Source of the DNA: Camelus dromedarius
Lineage: Eukaryota
Direction of reading: 5' to 3'
NCBI RefSeq assembly: GCF_036321535.1
Contig: NC_087447.1
Span: forward strand, 11,842,001-11,906,000
Length of the DNA stretch: 64,000 nt
Numbering within the stretch: position 1 is the stretch's first letter; each line of letters opens with the position of its first letter. A model generated the notes under the pieces. It worked only from the letters and a program-made list of their open reading frames with translations. It was not told the origin of the DNA and ran no database searches. The position numbers and the translations under genes were made by a program. Below are positions 55,591-64,000 of the stretch, piece after piece.

Positions 55591-56887
55591 AAAACATAAG
55601 GTAAAATCTAGACGAAAACAATGGGATATCCAGACCACTAAACTTCAAATAAATTACTTTGCTATGTGTATCAAGTAATACCTTACAGTTTTTTTCTAGT
55701 GTAGTTTATACTTTTTCAAATCATCTTCACTTGCATTTCCCCATGTTTATAAATGGCAGAACACAGGGCTGTTTTTATTTAGTTCAGCTCACGGTAAATA
55801 AACAGACAGACAAGAACAAAATGCCACCCTTGGATTTAGACACACAGAAGAATGCCCTTTCAGCACCAAAACCACCAATGACCTTTTTCTATTTAAATAC
55901 TGCTGCCTTCCCTCCTGTCCTTGTCCAACGTCTTTGCTTGTGTTAAAGGACAGTGTCTCCCCTTGCGCTCTGGGTCCCCTACCCTTCACTGCTGCATTCT
56001 CTTCTGAATCTTTTCTTTGACAGTTTACTTGAAAAATGAAAAACACAAGGAAAAATAAAAGTGTCAAGAATACACCCATCATAAATTCCCTCCCTCTAGG
56101 GTCTATTGATATGCTGAGAGGTATCCTGTCTAACACCCTAACGACAAACCCTCCCTTGACCCTACACCCCCACTTCCTTTCTTAGCAAAGCTTGAGAGTT
56201 ACATACAGTTATCGCTACTTCTCAGTTTATATTATTTCAGGAAGACTTTTATCCCCACCATTCCAAGATAACACACCTCCAGATCAGTAGCCAAGTTTCC
56301 TTCGCTAGCTCCCATTATATATTACCTCTTATGTTTAGAGTGCTCTGGAAGTTCATCTTCTGCCTCCCTTTATTTCCATTTACACAGTCCCTAAGTGACT
56401 TCATCCACTACTATTACTTTAAATGCCCTGTAACCCAAAAGCTCCCATGAACCTCCAGCCCTAACTTTCCCCAACTTTCCAGATTCATGTTTCCAACTGT
56501 GGCATTCCCATATGGATGACTATTACACAGCTGAAACCTAACACTGTCAAAGTAGAACTCCTGTTCCTTTTATCCCTCTCCCTAAGTTTCCCCAATCTCA
56601 TATCCAATCTAGTTGCTCAGTAAAAAATGTAGGCATTACCTTCAATTCTACTTTCTTTTCCTCACCACTCCCATCAGCAAGTCTTTCCAATTTTACCTCC
56701 AAAATATACCAAGGCAATCTACTCATCAACTCTATCTCTGCTGCCCTCTTCTTATCCATTCATTCTCACATTGAAGCTACCACAAGTCTCCAGTGTCCTT
56801 GCTTCTCCTCTTGCCTCTATAATCTATTTTATACATAGCAGTGATCTTTTCCAGGTGTAAATTTGATGTCATTTCTCTATTTAACCA

Positions 56888-57245
56888 CCTGGTCTGAGTT
56901 TTTGTGTCCGTCCTCCTTCCCAATTCTTACGTTGAAAGCCTAACCCCCAAAGGTGACGGTATTAGGAGGTGGGCCTTTGAAAGATGCTGAGGTTGTGGAT
57001 GTAGAGCCTTCATGGATGGGATTAGTGCCTTTATAAAAGGGGCCGAGATCCCTTGCCCCTTTCACTATGTGAGGACACAGTCAAAGCAGGCAATCTGCAA
57101 CTGGGAAGAGAGCCCTTCTCAGAACCCAGCCATGCTTGGCCTTGATTTGGGACTCTGCAGCCTCCAGAACTATGAACAATTTCTGATGTTTATAAGCTAC
57201 GCAGCCTGTGCAGTTTTTTTAATAGCAGCCCAAAGGGACTAAGAC
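56888..57245 (+). mobile_element. MaLR solo LTR (MLT1A-like) within L2 remnants
   Basis: ggtctgagtttttgtgtcc...cctaacccccaaaggtgacggtattaggaggtgggcctttg...gggattagtgcctttataaaag...cagcctccagaact...gactaagaca. Confidence 0.8.
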
Positions 57246-58110
57246 ATTACTCCTCTCCCATCATTGCCCACTGCTCTTAGATTACAAAAATCCTACATTA
57301 TCTGGCCTTTGCTGCCCACTCCAGCCTCAATTTGTACCACTCTCCCCTTGATTCACCACATTCCAATCATGCTGGCCTTTCCCTTCACCTGATACATTTA
57401 GCTTTTTCCTTTCCTTTGCACTGTTTTCTCCACCAGGAAGATTTTGCCCTAATTTAACACAACCATTCAGGTCTTAATCGAAGTGTGTGCTCAGAATCTA
57501 AGCAGCCTTCCAGTCACCCTGCCTCATTTAAGTCTCTCTGTATAGCACTTACCTTTGGTTACTCTATAATGTAAGACTTTGTTTGTCTTGTTCCCCATCT
57601 AGAATGGTTCCTGTCAAACAGTGGGGGTGTGATAAAAATTTGTGGGAAGAATGAATGGATGAAGGGCATCAGATACTTATTCAATGACACAAGTCCAAAC
57701 TAGAAACACCAATCATTTGCAAGAGATTGGGCTCTCCCAGTTTATCGCCTGAAAGCTCCATTTACATTTTGACTTAGGGTCTGGTTCCAGTCAAACAGAC
57801 AACAGGAAAGATAGCTGTAGCAGAGAGAACATGAGCTATCTCTGGAAAATATCAGATCTGAAATCTCACCCCAAGTTCATTACCACCTCTTTAGTTCCTC
57901 ACAGTAAGAGCGTCCCTGACAATAGATTTAGCATCTATTTATCTAAATGCAGAGGAAAGGGGAAATATCATAATAAGAATTCACCTGCTGAGCTCACAGG
58001 TGGGCTCTAGGTATTCAGCACTAAATCATTCCAATAATGTTTCTATAATGCTTGGGAGGGGTACGAAATTTTAAAAAATTATACCAACTTCTATGATATG
58101 GCAAAACAGA

Positions 58111-58145
58111 TTTATTAAAATAGTTAACCAAATACGAACTTTATT
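58111..58145 (-). terminator. CLP1: Two candidate CLP1 polyadenylation signals
   Basis: TTTATT on the + strand at 58111-58116 and 58140-58145, about 400 nt after the stop. Confidence 0.65.
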
Positions 58146-58543
58146 GGAAGGAGTCCTTCGAAATCACTGTTTTATCCTGGACAAACAAGGTAACGAGTAC
58201 TATATACAGAATATAAAGCAGTAATAAAAAAAAAAAATCCCTCCTAAAAATTAGTCCACATAGTCACACAGTGAAAGAAATGGGATTTTTCCAGAACTCA
58301 GAGAATTCAAAGTGGCACCTTAGGTGATTTAAGAAACCAATTATATTCTTATGGTTTTCCTTTTGGTTCAAGAGTAGATGACTCAGTTTACCACCATCTG
58401 TTTTAAGAGGTAGAACATACGCTTTCTACTAGTCCATTTACTGGTCGGCCTGGCCCCCAGACATTCTCATACCTCAGCCCATCTGCCTTCGGTGAGGGCC
58501 GGAAGATCCCCATGCCCCAAGCAGCAAGGCTTTCTGCTGATCT

Positions 58544-60279
<1,736 letters not shown>

Positions 60280-61021
60280 CTAAACCTAAGTTAGGACTCA
60301 GTTTAAAATCCTCCAGTGGCTGTTTCTCCTAACCTTGCTTTACTTTTCGCCTTATCTCTGATCACCATCTAAGTTTGTTTATTGTCTGTCTACCCTAGAA
60401 TGTAAGGATTGGGCATTTTTGTTTGCTGCTGTAACTCTCATACCTAGAATAGGAGTTGACAACCCAAAGGCACCTCTATAAACACACCGAGTGAATAAAT
60501 GATTCAGATATAAAAAGAAAACTATGTCTACAGGTTGACAGAAGACTTGATTACATCCCCTTCATCGCTCCCTTCATCACTCTATTGGGATACTCCAGAC
60601 TTAAAAAGGCAACAGATGCCCCCTCCCTAACCATCTTAGTCAACAAAAAAGGGCATCAGCAATCGGATGCAAAGCAGAGAATACCGGGCTCGGACTCAGA
60701 AAACAGCATTAAGATCCCGCTCAACAACTACCAGTAGTGTCTTTAGACAAATGAACCAATTAACTTCTCTGAACCTTTTCCTCAGCTGTCAACTGGCGGC
60801 ACTTAAACTTCCACACACAAAGTGGTGTTCTGGGGATTAAAGGGATTGCCGGGGAGGAAAAATAAAATTACTTCGTGAACTAGAAAACGCCGAGGAACAG
60901 CGAAGAATTATCTCGGATCCCGGACCGCAGCTCTGGGTCCAGCATTTATCCCAGCCTCCCCAGACACCGAAATCTGCCCAGGATCCCAAGAAGGCGACGG
61001 TTCCTGAGCTTATGATCTTAC

Positions 61022-61300
61022 CTGTACAGCCACGAGCCCAAACCCGTAAACCAAAGAACCCTAGATAGCACCTAAACCCAACCGTAGCCTTGCTCACCAG
61101 GACCCACACCGGAAACGTCTGCGGCTCCGCACTTGCGCATTGGAGGAGACGCGGCCGCGCGATGCACCCTGGGATATGTAGTTGTGCTTGAACAGCCGCG
61201 AGCGGTCGAGCTCGCGCAGCCGCTCGGCCTTCTGGGACTTGTAGTTAAAGGATTGTTTTTATCGTGACGTCAAAGGTAGGCGTGGCGTCGCCCGTCATTG
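61022..61300 (-). promoter_or_regulatory. CLP1: CLP1 non-coding exon 1 and CpG promoter with two ZNF143-type motifs and a CRE
   Basis: Donor ACAG|GTAAG at 61021. ACTACATATCCCAGGGTGC (61182-61164), ACTACAAGTCCCAGAAGGC (61245-61227) and TGACGTCA (61265-61272). Confidence 0.8.
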
Positions 61301-61829
61301 TTTGCCAAGCCGGCAAGAGCGAAGCTGAAGGAGTGGCGGTTACGCCCCCGCGGGGACGGGCGGAGGGGGCCAACGGTCGCTGAAGCGCGGCGGTTGCGAA
61401 CTCTCGGACCTCTGCTCCAGCTCACCTGCCACCCTGGAAAGGGCAGGGCGGCGGGAAGGAAAGGGAGCTCTCTACCTTGGTCCCACGATCGCCTAGAAGC
61501 GGGGAAATTAGCAGGAAATACGAGGAAACCTAGGGGAAAGTGGAGGAAAACAGCCAATCAGAGACTACTGGACTGTCATCCCCTACCTGCCACAGTTCTT
61601 GGCCCCTATAGAGCATTCAAAAAGAATTTTTTTTAATGAAAGAATAAAAGCCCAAGAATTTCTTCCAGTTTCTCTGTAAATCAGTCATTACCCCACATCC
61701 TCTCTCTGTTGAGCGGGGACTATTGTTGGGGACTCATTTCCCTCTCTAAAGCCCTGACAGTTATACAACGTCAATCGTTTACCCCAACGAGCAACAGGTT
61801 GGGCCAGGTCTATACTATCCTGATTAGCT

Positions 61830-63800
61830 TGGACTTTGGAATCTTGTATTCTTTGCTATGCTACTTACTTGCTGTGTGAGTTCGGGCAAATCACAGGCTT
61901 AAACTCTTTGAGACCCAGTTTCTTGACTATAAAATAGGGATTACAACAGTACTTAACCTCTTAAAGTTGCTTTGAAGACTGATGCATGTAAAGTCCTAAG
62001 CACAATGCCTGTAGCATAGAAAGTGATGTTAGTTCTTAAGTTTTTATTATAGGTCGAGGAGGAGGAGCTATAACAATGCCATCCACTTGTAGAGTAGTTG
62101 ACATTTTGCAAAGCCCTTTCAGGCATCTTCTTGCAAAGCCACCCTGTAAAGTCAGCTTTATTATTTTCAATTTCAGATAAGGAAGGAGACAAAGATAGGT
62201 GAAGGGGCTTGCCCAAGTTGGGATTCAAACCCAGGATTTTGGAGTATGATTTCGGTTATAATAACAGCAAACATTTACATAGTGCTAGATGCCACATAGT
62301 GTTCTGTGGGCTTTACAGGTGTAAATTCATTTAATCCTCACAAGAATCCTGTGAAGTACACACTATAAATGTCATCTTCACTTTGCAGATGAGTACTTTT
62401 TTCAGTCCAGCTTACATGGCTAATCCGGGTTGAAAAGCCTGAGAAGATTTTCTGGGTTGCCTTTTTCCTGCTGGTCCTACCTTAGCATTCATTTTCTAAG
62501 AGTGCCAGCCTCATTTCTCACTCGTCACAGTTCTCTTTTTGATGGTTTGCTTTACTTATTTAATTCATTCATCATGCAAGTATTCGTTCTCCAATTAATT
62601 ATTAGGTATCCCCTAATCTTCCACCATTCTTCAAAAATTCAGGTCTAGGCTTCCATTTGCAAAATTCCCTCCCTGAGTGAGCTCATCCTTTCCTGTTTCC
62701 ATGCAGTCTATCTGCCAGATCTGTGTCTTCGCCTCCACACTCTCTCCCTTGAGGCAATTTCTCCCAATTATCTGAAGGTCATCTTTATTTGGATATTGTG
62801 GAGCCATCTCAAGCTGAATTTAGGGAGAAGAAACCCCTCCCCTCCTTTACTGCTCTCCATTTTGCTTCTTAAACACAGAGTCAGGGCACATTTAGAGCAT
62901 CTGTGCTTGCCTACACTCTCTTTTCTCACTTTCAATCTTTCACCAAGTCCTCCTGTCATCTCCACCCCACCCCCAAATAATACTGTCCTCATATGTCTTT
63001 TTCATTCTTCTCTCCAGCTAAATTCTTGATCATTTTCTTCCTGAGTGAATTTAAATTAACTGGTATCCCTCTTTGCATCTAAACTTCCAATCCACGCCCT
63101 AAAAAACTACTCACAGTCCTTTTTCCCACTTCCCACTCTTTCCCTCAACAAATTCCTCCTCCGCTTAACATTTTCTTTTTCATCTGCTGCCCAGATAAGA
63201 ACATTTCCCTTTTCTTTCTTTACTCTGTTCTCCTTCTCAATCCCAAACCTCTGGTAACATCACTCAAGATACCCACACTGTGTTTACCTTAAACCCCAGA
63301 ATCTTCCCTTTAAATATTCAGAATTTCTTTCACTATTTCATACCCAGCAAGCACTGCCTCCCATTCACCTCATTTCCCTATCTTAACTTTTCCTGTGAAA
63401 AGAAAAATAAACCACCCACAGGCACTTCTTTCCAAAAGCCCCTCTCTTTGTGCCACTTTAATTTCTGAATGTTAGCCTTAGCTAGCAATCGAGGTTTTTA
63501 TCTCTCTATGTTTAGGAGTATTAAGTTGAGGACACTGTTTTGAAACGACAGTAACTACTAAGTGTCTATCACGTGCCAGCCATTTTTTAGGTTTTTCGGT
63601 GGTATTTTACCTTACTTCATATCCCCATGAGGTAAATACTATCAGCTTCGTTTAGCAGAAGAGGAAAACTGAGCCACAAAGATGATCAGTAGCTCACCAG
63701 TGGTTTCTGGTAAGTGTATTGGCAGAGCTGGGATTCCAACTCAGGTTTGCTCTGAGAGCAAAACCAGACACTTGGACCACGTCTGAAGATGCAATTCAAC
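61830..63800. mobile_element. MIR and L2 fragments upstream of CLP1 (approximate bounds)
   Basis: Multiple MIR cores (e.g. gctgtgtgagttcgggcaaatcac...cagtttcttgactataaaatagggatt) and L2-type pyrimidine tracts. Confidence 0.55.
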
Positions 63801-64000
63801 TGCTGTTTTGTTGAGCATCTTCTGTATGCAAAGATCTGCGCTAGGCATTGCAGTCCTGGGATGCAGAGAGGAGTTTCTCAGAGGACCTGCCTCCTAGAAA
63901 GTTTATAGCCCAGTGGAGAACCTTATGTAATGTGGATGTCTCCACTGATGAAGCACAAGTAATTTGGAGGTAGCTGATAAGAGGTACCTGCCTGTGAGAT

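Noticed and set aside
61300-64000. YPEL4 or MIR130A, the next syntenic neighbours
   Set aside because: No recognisable exon or miRNA hairpin here, only MIR and L2 relics; they should lie beyond the window.

Overview
Mammalian genomic DNA, most likely a camelid: two vic-1-like tRNA-derived SINEs point to alpaca, llama or camel. The window is the conserved block orthologous to human 11q12.1, in reverse orientation. Gene order: CTNND1 non-coding first exon (-), BTBD18 (+), SELENOH (-), TMX2 (-), MED19 (+), ZDHHC5 (-), CLP1 (-). I rebuilt exon structures by hand from GT-AG sites and phases. They give 729, 122, 296, 244, 715 and 425 aa proteins; the MED19 and ZDHHC5 totals use human exon lengths across N-runs. 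The main feature the ORF track misses is the selenocysteine recoding system of SELENOH: an in-frame UGA at 17766-17768 in a CTSU motif, plus a SECIS hairpin in a separate 3' UTR exon. Other points worth checking: a phase-compatible TMX2-SELENOH splice fusion (hypothesis only), five uORFs in the 1.1 kb ZDHHC5 leader exon, a 48-bp in-frame duplication in BTBD18, and seven N-runs that mostly sit on exons and appear to be base-for-base masks. There are no rRNA, true tRNA, CRISPR or prokaryotic features. I see no clearly new gene family; the novel items are hypotheses.
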